This document shows, in pieces, positions 7,445 to 16,859 of a stretch of DNA of 30,433 nucleotides. The stretch is from a virus (lineage: Duplodnaviria; Caudoviricetes): the IMG/VR virus record IMGVR_UViG_3300011187_000344, positions 1 to 30,433 of that record, one strand, 5' to 3'. Position 1 is the first letter of the stretch. Each line of letters begins with the position of its first letter. A program made the position numbers and the translations under genes. The notes below the pieces were generated by a model. It searched no databases. It saw only the letters and a list, made by a program, of their open reading frames with translations, and was not told where the DNA came from.

Positions 7445-9399
7445 AAAAGGTAATTTATAAAAAACTGAAAGTTCAAAACTTTCTCAGTATCGGAAACGAA
7501 GAATTGGTGATTGATTTCGCCAATGGGTTGAATCTGATCAATGGTAAGAACATCGACAACCCCGAAAGAGCCAATGCTGTGGGTAAATCTGCTATCGTGG
7601 AGGCTTTCTTCTTCGCTCAGTTCGGGGAAATGATCCGTAAGATCAAGAAAGAGTTCATCATCAACAATATCACCAAAGGTAAGGGTAATCTAGAATTGGA
7701 ATTCGATGTCGAGTCTGATACAGGCGTTCAAACCTATACAGTTCTGAGACAAGTGAAGCCTAGTAAGGTCACATTACTCAAAGGTGATGAGGATATAACG
7801 AAGGATAGTATTGCAAATACTGATAAATTCATTAATGAGCTTATTGGATCCAATCCAGTGATTTGTAAAAGCTGTGATATTCTATCTCTCTCTGATAACA
7901 CACCATTCATGGCGAAGAAACCCGAAGAAAAGAGAAAATTTATCAATGATATTTTCTCTCTTGAGATATTCGGCTTGATGATCAATGAGTTAAAAACCCT
8001 TATTAGAGACAATAAGAATAATCTCAACATTTCATCCACTAAAATCGAGGAAATCAAGAACGCTCTTGCTTCCATCGAAAGACAGAAGAAAGAATACGAA
8101 GAGAAGGTTAAAGAGAGGGTTGTTATTCTTGAGAAGAAGGGGGAGGGGATCAAAGAAAGGATCAAGAACACCAAAGGTAAGATCGGTGAAACTAAAGTAA
8201 AGATCGGTGAAACTAAAGATAAGATCAAGGAAACCAAAGGTAAGATCAAGAAAACTAAAGATGAAATTTCTAAAATCGAAATTCCAGATGTCACTGATCT
8301 GAGAGAAGAAAAGCTCAAATACGAAGGTGTTTGGGTTAAGATTGATGGAAAAATTGGTGATATCAATTCTAAAATCAGTTCACAAAATGCTCTCAAAAAT
8401 ATCGTCAAAAAGAAAATAGAAAAGGCATCATCTGTTGATGGTGGTGTCGAATGTGAATCTTGTTTACAGGAGATCCCACATACACACATCGAACATCTCG
8501 ATAAGGTTAAGGAAGAGCATAAGGAAGAACTCACAACCATCATCGAAGATGTTGAGAAGCTTGAAGAGAGTAAAGCCGACTTCATTGACAAAAAAGGTAA
8601 GGTTCAAAAGAAAGTAACAGAGATTAAGGAAGAGATCGATGAAGCTAGAATCAAAGAGAAAGAAATCGAAAGTCTTGAGAGAGTCTTGAGGGGTTATGAC
8701 GATTCTTTAAAGGGGTATGATGAGTCTTTAACGGGTTATGATGAGTCTTTAAAGGGTTATGATGAGTCCTTGGAGAGTTATGAGGAGTCTTTGAAAGATC
8801 TGAAGCTCGATGACATCCCGAAACCAGACTTCGATAAAGAATTCAAAGCTACTGAGAAAAGAAAGGATGACGAAGAAGCGAAGTGTGTCGAGTATCAACA
8901 ACTATCTGATGATTATGAGGTGTGTAAATTTGTCCTCAGTGAGGAAGGTGTTAAGAGTTTTGTTGTTAAAAGACTTCTTACGATATTAAACACCAGTATT
9001 CAGGAGTATATCAACAGTCTTGGTATGACTATTCGCTGTAAATTCGATGAATACTTTGATGAGCAACTTACAAACGACAAAGGGAAGGAAATATCTTACT
9101 GGAATCTGAGTGGCGGTGAAAGAAAAACTATCGATTTGGCTTGTTCGTGGTCTTTTAAAGACATCAAAAGGAAAATTTCGGGTGTATCCTCGAATCTTGA
9201 GTGGTGTGATGAGATTTTCGACTCAGCTTTCGATGAAAGAGGGTTGGATTTGTTGATCGAGGTGATCAAGAAGAGAATCGAAAATAATGATATGAGCATG
9301 TATGCGATTTCTCATAGAAAGGAGACTGTAAAGCATATTGATGGTGAGATCATTTCTCTTGAGAAAGAAAATGGTATAACACGTAGAGTTTTTGATTGA
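7441..9399 (+). CDS. 46: Recombination ATPase gp46 (Rad50/SbcC-like)
   Basis: NFLSIGN, NAVGKS Walker A, coiled coil with CESC zinc hook, LSGGE signature, CDEIFDSAFD, ISH. Confidence 0.93.
   Translation: MKKVIYKKLKVQNFLSIGNEELVIDFANGLNLINGKNIDNPERANAVGKSAIVEAFFFAQFGEMIRKIKKEFIINNITKGKGNLELEFDVESDTGVQTYTVLRQVKPSKVTLLKGDEDITKDSIANTDKFINELIGSNPVICKSCDILSLSDNTPFMAKKPEEKRKFINDIFSLEIFGLMINELKTLIRDNKNNLNISSTKIEEIKNALASIERQKKEYEEKVKERVVILEKKGEGIKERIKNTKGKIGETKVKIGETKDKIKETKGKIKKTKDEISKIEIPDVTDLREEKLKYEGVWVKIDGKIGDINSKISSQNALKNIVKKKIEKASSVDGGVECESCLQEIPHTHIEHLDKVKEEHKEELTTIIEDVEKLEESKADFIDKKGKVQKKVTEIKEEIDEARIKEKEIESLERVLRGYDDSLKGYDESLTGYDESLKGYDESLESYEESLKDLKLDDIPKPDFDKEFKATEKRKDDEEAKCVEYQQLSDDYEVCKFVLSEEGVKSFVVKRLLTILNTSIQEYINSLGMTIRCKFDEYFDEQLTNDKGKEISYWNLSGGERKTIDLACSWSFKDIKRKISGVSSNLEWCDEIFDSAFDERGLDLLIEVIKKRIENNDMSMYAISHRKETVKHIDGEIISLEKENGITRRVFD
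8161..8265 (+). repeat. 5 x 21-nt in-frame tandem repeat (heptad I-K/G-x-T-K-x-K)
   Basis: atcaagaacaccaaaggtaag / atcggtgaaactaaagtaaag / atcggtgaaactaaagataag / atcaaggaaaccaaaggtaag / atcaagaaaactaaagatgaa. Confidence 0.9.
8686..8790 (+). repeat. 5 x 21-nt in-frame tandem repeat (heptad LxGYDES)
   Basis: Encodes LRGYDDS LKGYDES LTGYDES LKGYDES LESYEES. Confidence 0.9.
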
Positions 9400-9423
9400 T
9401 TTCGGTGGACAAATGAATAATTA
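9396..9423 (+). promoter_or_regulatory. sigma70-like promoter
   Basis: TTGATT-N16-TAATTA-N5-ATG. Confidence 0.5.
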
Positions 9424-9428
9424 TTGAT

Positions 9429-10658
9429 ATGCAGAATCCTTTTCCGTCTCCATTCACTTCCCCATTTCCAAAGAATCCGTTCGGGAGTTTGCAGAATGTC
9501 CACTCAAATATTCAGGCTCCGTCCCAACCACCCAAACAGAATCAACCACAAAACAAATATATAAATTTTTTGGCTGATAGGGGTGGTTGTGGTAGTTGGA
9601 GAGTAGCTTGGCCAGAATTATTGGTTAATATGAATGGTCTCGGTGAATCCACCTCAGTTACCAATATGATATTAGACGAAAGATGGTATCAAGATTATAA
9701 GGTCGTTAAAATACAGAGACAGGCATCCACCCATCAGAAGAAATTTGTAGAGTTTTTGAAAAGTATCCAACCAAAGTATGGGTTTAAAATCGTTTATGAG
9801 GTGGATGATGTGGTCTTTAGAGAAGAAATCCCAGATTTTAACGCATATAAACACGCATTTGATACTGATGAGATTCGACAAAACTGTGTAGATATGATCA
9901 ATATGTGTGATGAGGTCACACTCACCTGTAAATATATGAGGGATCTCTTTACCGAGAAGACTGGTAAAAAAGAAATCACGGTTGTTCCGAATTTTCCACC
10001 CGAATGGTGGATTGGACCACACTACAATTACAAGAACATCATCAGCAACTACGAATCACACAGAAGAAAACCGAGAATCCTCTATTCGGGTTCGGGAGCA
10101 CACTTCGATGTGAATAACAAGACGAATCAACAAGACGATTTCTCCCATGTGTTGAAGTTCATCATTGATAATAAACAAAAATATAAATTTGTTTTCATCG
10201 GTGCTTATCCACCACCACTCAGAGATTATGTCAATAGTGGTGAGATTGAATTCCACCCTTGGCAAAAGCTAACAGACTACCCCAAATTCATTGCATCTTT
10301 GAATGTCCAACTCCTATTAGCACCTCTAATGGATATACCATTCAATAGATCCAAATCTGATATTAAATTTATCGAGGGTAGTGCTTTAGGTATTCCTTGT
10401 ATGTGCCAAGATATGGTCACCTATGAGGATGCTCCAGATTTCATGAAATTCAAAACCAGTGAAGATCTGGAAGAGAAGGTTGAAGCTATTTTGAACTGGA
10501 AAAATAGATCCAAGTATTTCAAATTGATTCCTGAGTTGAGAAAACTCGGTGAGAGTAGATTCTTGGAAAGACCAGAGAATATCGGTGCTTTCTTGGAGTC
10601 TATGAATACACCATTTGGTTCACCAGATAGAAAATTCCTCAAATATTGGAATGATTAA
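9429..10658 (+). CDS. GT-B fold (GT4-like) glycosyltransferase
   Basis: ADRGGCGSWRVAWP, QRQ, VYEVDD, VVPN, APL...FNRSKSDIKFIE..ALGIP; Pro/Gln-rich N-terminal extension. Confidence 0.8.
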   Translation: MQNPFPSPFTSPFPKNPFGSLQNVHSNIQAPSQPPKQNQPQNKYINFLADRGGCGSWRVAWPELLVNMNGLGESTSVTNMILDERWYQDYKVVKIQRQASTHQKKFVEFLKSIQPKYGFKIVYEVDDVVFREEIPDFNAYKHAFDTDEIRQNCVDMINMCDEVTLTCKYMRDLFTEKTGKKEITVVPNFPPEWWIGPHYNYKNIISNYESHRRKPRILYSGSGAHFDVNNKTNQQDDFSHVLKFIIDNKQKYKFVFIGAYPPPLRDYVNSGEIEFHPWQKLTDYPKFIASLNVQLLLAPLMDIPFNRSKSDIKFIEGSALGIPCMCQDMVTYEDAPDFMKFKTSEDLEEKVEAILNWKNRSKYFKLIPELRKLGESRFLERPENIGAFLESMNTPFGSPDRKFLKYWND

Positions 10659-10660
10659 TT

Positions 10661-10849
10661 ATGGAATTAGAAGATATAGACGAGGATTTCGAATATGGTG
10701 GTGAATGCGGCGTTTGTGGTGATCTCTTGGATCAATCAGACGCTGGGTATTGTGGTGAGTGTGGGGAATCCTTCTGTTGGAGTCACTGTGGGGGGTGGGG
10801 TGCGAAGGATCATAGGTGTGATAATTGTGGTGGGGATATTGATAGGTGA
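10661..10849 (+). CDS. Small Cys/His-rich zinc-finger protein
   Basis: CGVC-x11-CGECGESFCWSHC-x7-HRCDNC in 62 aa; fills the gap between the GT and the polymerase promoter. Confidence 0.7.
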   Translation: MELEDIDEDFEYGGECGVCGDLLDQSDAGYCGECGESFCWSHCGGWGAKDHRCDNCGGDIDR

Positions 10850-10877
10850 TTGACAATCCTCGGTGGGGTGGTAAATT
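10850..10877 (+). promoter_or_regulatory. sigma70-like promoter for DNA polymerase
   Basis: TTGACA-N16-TAAATT with an extended -10 TGn. Confidence 0.6.
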
Positions 10878-10893
10878 TGGTGTGTAATAAATT

Positions 10894-13431
10894 ATGTATA
10901 GGAACTGTATATACAACAATAAGGATAAAAAAATCCATCTATGGACTTGGAGTTCGGATGGTGAGCGAGTCAAACAAGAGTGGGATTTCAAACCCTATAT
11001 CATGCTTGAAGATAAGAGAGGTGAGGAGAAATCTATCTATGGAACTTCATTGTCAAAGAAGGAATTTTCGAACAATTACGATAGAAACAAGTTCATCAAG
11101 GATAGTAATGTCAAAAAGATATTCGAAAACCTCCCACCATATCAACAATACTTGATCGACAATTATTGGGGGGTGTGTGAGGATGATAACTTCGCTCAAC
11201 ACCCTCTAAAGGTGGCGTTCTTCGATATCGAGTGTCCCCACAAAGATAAATTCGCAAATCCAGAACAAGCAGATGCGACAATCAACCTCTTAACCATTTA
11301 TAACTCTTTCTCAAAGGAATATCATGTATTTGGTCTCAAGGAATTCCACACGATTAGGGATGATGTGATTTATCACCGATGTAAATCGGAACATGAACTC
11401 CTTAAATCCACTATTAAGTATTTTAGGAAACAGGGATTTGATATAATCACTGGTTGGAACATCTCAGGATTCGATATTCCATACTTCATCAATAGAACCA
11501 TCTTCGAAATTGGTGATGAATGGGCTAAGAAGATGTCACCAATCGGTAGAATTTATGAAAAGGTCAATCCTACTGGTAAATTCGGTCAACCATCGAAGGA
11601 ATATGTTATCGAAGGTGTTTCGTGTGTTGATTATATGATTCTTTATCAGAAATTTAATATGGAAAAACGAGATTCATATAAGTTGGATAACATCGGTGAG
11701 GTGGAACTCGATATTAACAAGGTTGAACACACTGGTAATCTCTGGGATCTCGCTAGAGACGATTGGTATACTTATGTGGATTACAATATTAGGGACGTTG
11801 AGATTGTCCACAAGCTCGATGAAAAACTTGGCTACATTTCGCTCCTACGCTTCCTCGCGTATACGGGACTGTGCAACCTAGAACAAGCAATTAAGACCGT
11901 TCCTTGTATGAACGGTGCAATCGCAATCAGGGCTAGGCATAGGGGTGAGTATATTCCGACATTTATCCGTCCCCAATCCGATTATAAAGCACCGGGGGGT
12001 TACGTTGCTGAACCAAAGGTTGGATTTTCGGAGAATATTGTATCCTTTGATGCCAATTCTCTATACCCCAGTGTGATGATCTCCATGAATCTCTCTCCAG
12101 AGACGAAGATTGGAAGAGTCGAGAAGGTCGATGACATGGTAATGGTTCACCACACCTCTGGTAGATTGTTTGAAATGACGATGAAGAACTTTAAAAAGTA
12201 TATCACCGAAGAAAAGGCTGCTATTACCAAGGCTGGTTTTCTGTTTTCTCAGAAAAGTAAAGGGTTGGTTCCCGAGTTCTTGGATAATCTTTACACAAAG
12301 AGGTCGGAGATGAAGGAAAAAATGATTGAATGTAGGAAGAATGGTGATGAAGCGGGAGAACAGAAGTATGACACCATCCAATTTGCATATAAGATCCATT
12401 TGAACTCACTATATGGTTATATGCTCAACAAATATGCTCCGATGGGTGATGAAGATATTGGAACATCAGTCACATTAACGGGTCAAGCAGCTATTAAACA
12501 CTCCAAGAATCTGTTTGATGAATATCTAAAGGAAAAAATACCAGATATATCAAAAGTAGATCTTGATAGGGCTTTTGTGTATGGTGACACCGACTCAGAT
12601 TACTTCTCATTTAAGTTTTGTGAAGATTTGGGGATACAGATGGTTAAAGATGGTAAAATTACTCCAGAATTTTTTGATCTTTGTGATGAAGTAGAGAACC
12701 ATATCAATAAGGGGATGGATACTTGGGCTAGAAAGAGCCTCAGAAGTAGTGATCCTCGATTTGTATTCAAGAGAGAAGCCATCTGCGACTCTGGGGTGTT
12801 CTTGGGTAAGAAGTATTACGCACTACATATGTTAGATGATGAGGGTGTGGAGGTTGAAAAGTTTAAATATAAGGGTGTTGATGTTGTGAAAACAACAATG
12901 CCCAAGAAAGTGAAGCCACTTGTAAAGGATGTGATCGAGAATATGATCATTTCCAAGTCTCTCAAAGAGGCAAATGATAAATTTAAAAATTTATATGAGA
13001 CATTCAAAACATTACCGATTGAAGAGATCTCCAAAACATCTGGTATGAACAAATTTGAGGAATATTCTGCTAAATGTGATGGTATAAACACCGTGAAGGG
13101 TATGCCATCACACGTCAAAGCTGCATATTTCCACGATCTTATCATGGAGCAGAATGGATTGTCATCCAGATACGAAAAATTTAAATCTGGTGATAAAGTT
13201 AAATCGGTATACGTCAAACAAACCAATAAATATAATATTAAAAATATTGGATATAAAGGATCATGGCCAAAAGAATTCGACGATATGTTCGTCGTTGATT
13301 ACGAAGAAATGTTCACCAAGATATGCTACGTTGCGATAGAAAGATTCTACAATGCGGTGGGGTGGAACCTCAGAAAACCATCTGAGAATGTTCGTGTCGA
13401 GTTGGATGAATTATTTGGAGAAGATACTTGA
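10894..13431 (+). CDS. 43: Family B DNA polymerase gp43
   Basis: Exonuclease FFDIE, GWNISGFDIPY, YNIRD; polymerase DANSLYPS, KIHLNSLYG, YGDTDS; C-terminal clamp-binding-like ELDELFG. Confidence 0.97.
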   Translation: MYRNCIYNNKDKKIHLWTWSSDGERVKQEWDFKPYIMLEDKRGEEKSIYGTSLSKKEFSNNYDRNKFIKDSNVKKIFENLPPYQQYLIDNYWGVCEDDNFAQHPLKVAFFDIECPHKDKFANPEQADATINLLTIYNSFSKEYHVFGLKEFHTIRDDVIYHRCKSEHELLKSTIKYFRKQGFDIITGWNISGFDIPYFINRTIFEIGDEWAKKMSPIGRIYEKVNPTGKFGQPSKEYVIEGVSCVDYMILYQKFNMEKRDSYKLDNIGEVELDINKVEHTGNLWDLARDDWYTYVDYNIRDVEIVHKLDEKLGYISLLRFLAYTGLCNLEQAIKTVPCMNGAIAIRARHRGEYIPTFIRPQSDYKAPGGYVAEPKVGFSENIVSFDANSLYPSVMISMNLSPETKIGRVEKVDDMVMVHHTSGRLFEMTMKNFKKYITEEKAAITKAGFLFSQKSKGLVPEFLDNLYTKRSEMKEKMIECRKNGDEAGEQKYDTIQFAYKIHLNSLYGYMLNKYAPMGDEDIGTSVTLTGQAAIKHSKNLFDEYLKEKIPDISKVDLDRAFVYGDTDSDYFSFKFCEDLGIQMVKDGKITPEFFDLCDEVENHINKGMDTWARKSLRSSDPRFVFKREAICDSGVFLGKKYYALHMLDDEGVEVEKFKYKGVDVVKTTMPKKVKPLVKDVIENMIISKSLKEANDKFKNLYETFKTLPIEEISKTSGMNKFEEYSAKCDGINTVKGMPSHVKAAYFHDLIMEQNGLSSRYEKFKSGDKVKSVYVKQTNKYNIKNIGYKGSWPKEFDDMFVVDYEEMFTKICYVAIERFYNAVGWNLRKPSENVRVELDELFGEDT

Positions 13432-13455
13432 CTTTGGGTTGAGTTTTAATAAATC
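13428..13455 (+). promoter_or_regulatory. sigma70-like promoter
   Basis: TTGACT-N16-TAAATC-N5-ATG. Confidence 0.5.
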
Positions 13456-13460
13456 TTCAT

Positions 13461-13700
13461 ATGACACCCCATGAAGCTTATAATAAAGGTTTGGACGATG
13501 CTGAAACCGCTGTTATCCAAAATTTAAAATCACTCTTGAATGATCGAGTGGAATCACCGTTTCCAAACCCAGAATTGGAGAAGGTTCGTCTGATTATACA
13601 GGATCGTTCCAACTACTACCATCACCTAGCAGAAAGAAATAACAACATGGGGAAGTCTTTCGTCAAAAAAATCGAAGAACAAAGGGTATTTTTAGGATAA
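13461..13700 (+). CDS. Hypothetical protein
   Basis: 79 aa ORF with its own promoter. Confidence 0.65.
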   Translation: MTPHEAYNKGLDDAETAVIQNLKSLLNDRVESPFPNPELEKVRLIIQDRSNYYHHLAERNNNMGKSFVKKIEEQRVFLG

Positions 13701-13705
13701 ATTCC

Positions 13706-13733
13706 TTGCATTAAGTAAAACATATAGTATATA
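13706..13733 (+). promoter_or_regulatory. sigma70-like promoter
   Basis: TTGCAT-N16-TATATA-N8-ATG. Confidence 0.45.
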
Positions 13734-13741
13734 TTAAAACG

Positions 13742-14092
13742 ATGAAAGAAAAACACATTACATTAATCGATTCCGTTGGACGCAATATTGTTGGTAAGTT
13801 CGTGAGTGAAGATGAAAATTACCTCACTCTACACAATCCAATCATCATGTATGTTCAACCACAAGAAGGTGGCAAAATTCAAGTCCAGAGTATCCCTCTT
13901 TTCTTCTTTGAGTTAATTGACAAAGATCATAGAGATCAAAACAACTGGACATTCAGTAAGAATATGATCACTATCAGTGATATCGAAGTCAACCAAGGAG
14001 TCATTGATCAATACAACGAGATCAACACTCCAAAGGATCAGCAACCACAAATCGCTACTCCTGATAGCAATCCTAAAGTGGTCTCCATCTAA
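13742..14092 (+). CDS. Hypothetical beta-rich protein, possibly Sm-like fold
   Basis: GRNIVGK...LTLHNP pattern; 116 aa directly upstream of uvsX. Confidence 0.55.
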   Translation: MKEKHITLIDSVGRNIVGKFVSEDENYLTLHNPIIMYVQPQEGGKIQVQSIPLFFFELIDKDHRDQNNWTFSKNMITISDIEVNQGVIDQYNEINTPKDQQPQIATPDSNPKVVSI

Positions 14093-14095
14093 GGT

Positions 14096-15226
14096 ATGGC
14101 AAAAAATCATGGTATAGATGATGAACTATTCAGCTCATTGAAAGAGTTGGATGACGTGTCTCCGTATACGGCGTTCCTGAATGAGAATACCCTATCGTCT
14201 GTTGACGATTGGATCGATACAGGAAGTATGGTTCTAAATGCCCTAGTTTCGGGATCCCTCTATGGGGGAGTCCCGAAGGGCAGAATCACACAGTTAGCAG
14301 GACCGTCCCAAACTGCCAAATCATTCTTCGTTCTTCAAATTCTGGCCAATGCCCAGAAGGGCGGGATGATTCCTGTTATTTTTGACACCGAGGGAGCGAT
14401 TGATCCAGAAACCGCTGCAACATTTGGTCTAGATACCAGTAAGGTGAAGTATGTCGGTTGTGAATCAGTTGAACAGACTAGAAATGCTATCTATAAGTTT
14501 TTGAAGAAAGTTAGAGAGCAGGGACAGACTGGTAAATTCATTATCGCCATTGATTCCTTAGCCAATTTGAATTCCGAAATGGAATTAACTAGAATGGATA
14601 AAGACAAGGCTTCTGCCGACATGGGAACATTCGCCAAGTCGATCAAGAGTCTCTTGAAGACTTGCACTAATATGTCTACTCTAACTAAGACACCGATCAT
14701 CATAACGAATCACGTTTACGATGATCCTAGTCAGATGTATCCTTCTCTTGAGAAGAATATGACTGGTGGTAAATCTGCTGTATATCTACCTTCTGTTACC
14801 GTTCAGTTGGCTAGAGAGTTGATCAAAGATGAGAAGAACACTCAAGTCGATGATAAGCTTTCAGCATCCCAAGAAAACTATTCTGGTGTTGTTATCAACG
14901 CTCTAATGGTGAAGAACCGCTTCATGAAACAATACATCAAGGGACGTATGTATCTATCCTTCAGTAAAGGGTTGGATAAGTATTTTGGTCTCCTCGACAT
15001 CATGAAAAATATGGGAGTTGTTACTAATAAGGGTGCAGCTTACAAAGACTGGGAAGGTAAAAAGCTTGGATATTATAAAGTCTGGTCTAAAGATCAGAAT
15101 ATATGGGATAAGCTTCTTCCAGAGTTGGAGAAACGCATCAAAACTAACTGGGCATATGGAACTGCGCCAGAGGATGATGATCTAGCTACACTAGAGGAGT
15201 CGATTGAGCCGAATGCCGACGATTAA
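14096..15226 (+). CDS. uvsX: RecA-like recombinase UvsX
   Basis: WIDTGS..LNALVSG, AGPSQTAKS P-loop, FDTEGA, IDSLANL, ITNHVY, GGK, KNRF. Confidence 0.93.
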   Translation: MAKNHGIDDELFSSLKELDDVSPYTAFLNENTLSSVDDWIDTGSMVLNALVSGSLYGGVPKGRITQLAGPSQTAKSFFVLQILANAQKGGMIPVIFDTEGAIDPETAATFGLDTSKVKYVGCESVEQTRNAIYKFLKKVREQGQTGKFIIAIDSLANLNSEMELTRMDKDKASADMGTFAKSIKSLLKTCTNMSTLTKTPIIITNHVYDDPSQMYPSLEKNMTGGKSAVYLPSVTVQLARELIKDEKNTQVDDKLSASQENYSGVVINALMVKNRFMKQYIKGRMYLSFSKGLDKYFGLLDIMKNMGVVTNKGAAYKDWEGKKLGYYKVWSKDQNIWDKLLPELEKRIKTNWAYGTAPEDDDLATLEESIEPNADD

Positions 15227-16782
15227 TCTCGGTTAGCCTCCATCCACATCGCATAATTGGGGAATCTCTTAAAGCCACGGTCTTTAAATTCCCCTTTTTT
15301 GTGGGTGAATCTATCTTTACCTGCTTGTTCGGTCATGTAACCCATGATACCCTCATTGACTGGTTTCTCGCCTTTCAATTTTCTGATTTGGTTTTCTATT
15401 CTTTTGATTTTAGCTTGATCTGGATCATCGTCAATCATTAAATCTTCCAATTCGTTTTCGAGTGCTTCGATCTCCGCTGCATTGTCATCAGAAATTTTTT
15501 GCTTATTAGCCTTTTTTGCACCAGCATCAGCATCCATCTTGTCGGTGTATTTGTTGATGGCGGTTTTAGCATCAGTGAACTTATCGACAGGTTCACCACT
15601 ATCATCATAATTTGAGTCACTTATTGTTTTTCCTTTATAGAATGATACGAGATCCTTTTCCTCTTCACTGATAATACCAGTTTCGACAAGTTTACGGAGG
15701 AATTCATCACCATAAATATTCATTCTATCTGCAAGGAGAGCGGCATCTATCGATTCAACTTCACCAGTTTGAGTGTCAATATTTTCAGCGTCCGTGTAGG
15801 CATCGTTGAACTGCTGCATTATGAATGTTGAAACACCAGCGTTACTAATACTCCCTTCAACACTTCCTCTTACATCATCTACAGACATTTCAACACCTTT
15901 ATTATTAAGTTTTAGATATTTTTTATATAAAACTCTCAATTCAGCGAGGATTTCTTCCGAAATATTTCCATGTTCCCCCATTTCGATATCATCGATTACA
16001 CCTTCCAATGTTCCAGTTATAGTATCGGTGATATAGTCACTTTTACCCCCTTCAGCGGCACGATCAACCGCATCTTGAGTTGCTTGTTTTTCCCCCACTT
16101 TCATTTTGGATGACATGAATTTTTTACCTTCTTTGCGTATCTTCTTCATGGGAATGTAGATTTTAGCAGTCATATCATAGAACTCTTTCGGTGACATATC
16201 CCAATTATCTATGATTTGATTATCTTTCCCTTTCGCTCTTGAGGCATTATCAACATTTCTAATGTCTTCAAAAGCACCTTTGAAAATTTCTGGATCCAAG
16301 ATAGTTTTGGTGAACTTGTTGCTCATGATATATCCTGGCTTTTTATTCTCCAATTCGTTCAAAAGATAAAGAAGCAACCAAGTAGAAGATTTACCCGTAT
16401 CTCTCATGGCTTTCTTTTTTTGTTCATCGGTGGCTGCTTCATAGTTATCACCAAAAATAAAATTAAAATATTCGTCTCTATTTACACCATCTTGGAGTAA
16501 TTCATTTTTATATGGTGTAGAACTTCCAATGAGGGGTTTACCGTTCAGGATCTTGTATGCAATTTTTGACACATGATCTTGGAAAACTTTTCGGGTTACG
16601 TCTTTACCACCGTATACAGATTTGAGTTGATCTCTCATACCTTTAGTGTGATCTCTATCCAAGAAATTGGTGATTTCTTCACTATACCCTTCAGGCATTG
16701 TCCAAGTTGGTAGCCTAGCCATCTCATTCACGATAACTTTTTCCGCTCTTTCAGTCAAAAATTTAAAATCTATCTTCTGCAT
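15223..16782 (-). CDS. Large hypothetical late protein, putative virion internal/ejected protein
   Basis: 519 aa, antisense to the replication operon; FLTE and IVNE leader motifs; late box 5 nt upstream. Confidence 0.7.
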   Translation of the reverse strand: MQKIDFKFLTERAEKVIVNEMARLPTWTMPEGYSEEITNFLDRDHTKGMRDQLKSVYGGKDVTRKVFQDHVSKIAYKILNGKPLIGSSTPYKNELLQDGVNRDEYFNFIFGDNYEAATDEQKKKAMRDTGKSSTWLLLYLLNELENKKPGYIMSNKFTKTILDPEIFKGAFEDIRNVDNASRAKGKDNQIIDNWDMSPKEFYDMTAKIYIPMKKIRKEGKKFMSSKMKVGEKQATQDAVDRAAEGGKSDYITDTITGTLEGVIDDIEMGEHGNISEEILAELRVLYKKYLKLNNKGVEMSVDDVRGSVEGSISNAGVSTFIMQQFNDAYTDAENIDTQTGEVESIDAALLADRMNIYGDEFLRKLVETGIISEEEKDLVSFYKGKTISDSNYDDSGEPVDKFTDAKTAINKYTDKMDADAGAKKANKQKISDDNAAEIEALENELEDLMIDDDPDQAKIKRIENQIRKLKGEKPVNEGIMGYMTEQAGKDRFTHKKGEFKDRGFKRFPNYAMWMEANRD

Positions 16783-16787
16783 ATTTA

Positions 16788-16794
16788 TATTTAG
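16788..16794 (-). promoter_or_regulatory. T4-type late promoter box (CTAAATA)
   Basis: Minus strand CTAAATA-TAAAT-ATG. Confidence 0.7.
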
Positions 16795-16825
16795 CGAAAT
16801 ATACTAAGATAAAGGCATTTGGGGG

Positions 16826-16853
16826 TTGAAAATATTTGGGGGTGTGGTAGATA
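16826..16853 (+). promoter_or_regulatory. sigma70-like promoter for the GT-gp41 operon
   Basis: TTGAAA-N16-TAGATA-N6-ATG with TGn extension. Confidence 0.55.
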
Positions 16854-16859
16854 TGAAGT

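Noticed and set aside
7734-8591. 285-aa antisense ORF inside gp46
   Set aside because: Ser/Leu/Phe-rich mirror of a Lys/Glu-rich coiled-coil gene; a codon-bias shadow.
8161-8790. 21-nt repeats as a possible CRISPR array
   Set aside because: They are tandem with no spacers, in-frame, and vary at codon level. No cas genes are present.
10850-11155. 101-aa ORF overlapping the polymerase start
   Set aside because: It begins at the TTG of the -35 box and is an out-of-frame overlap with gp43.
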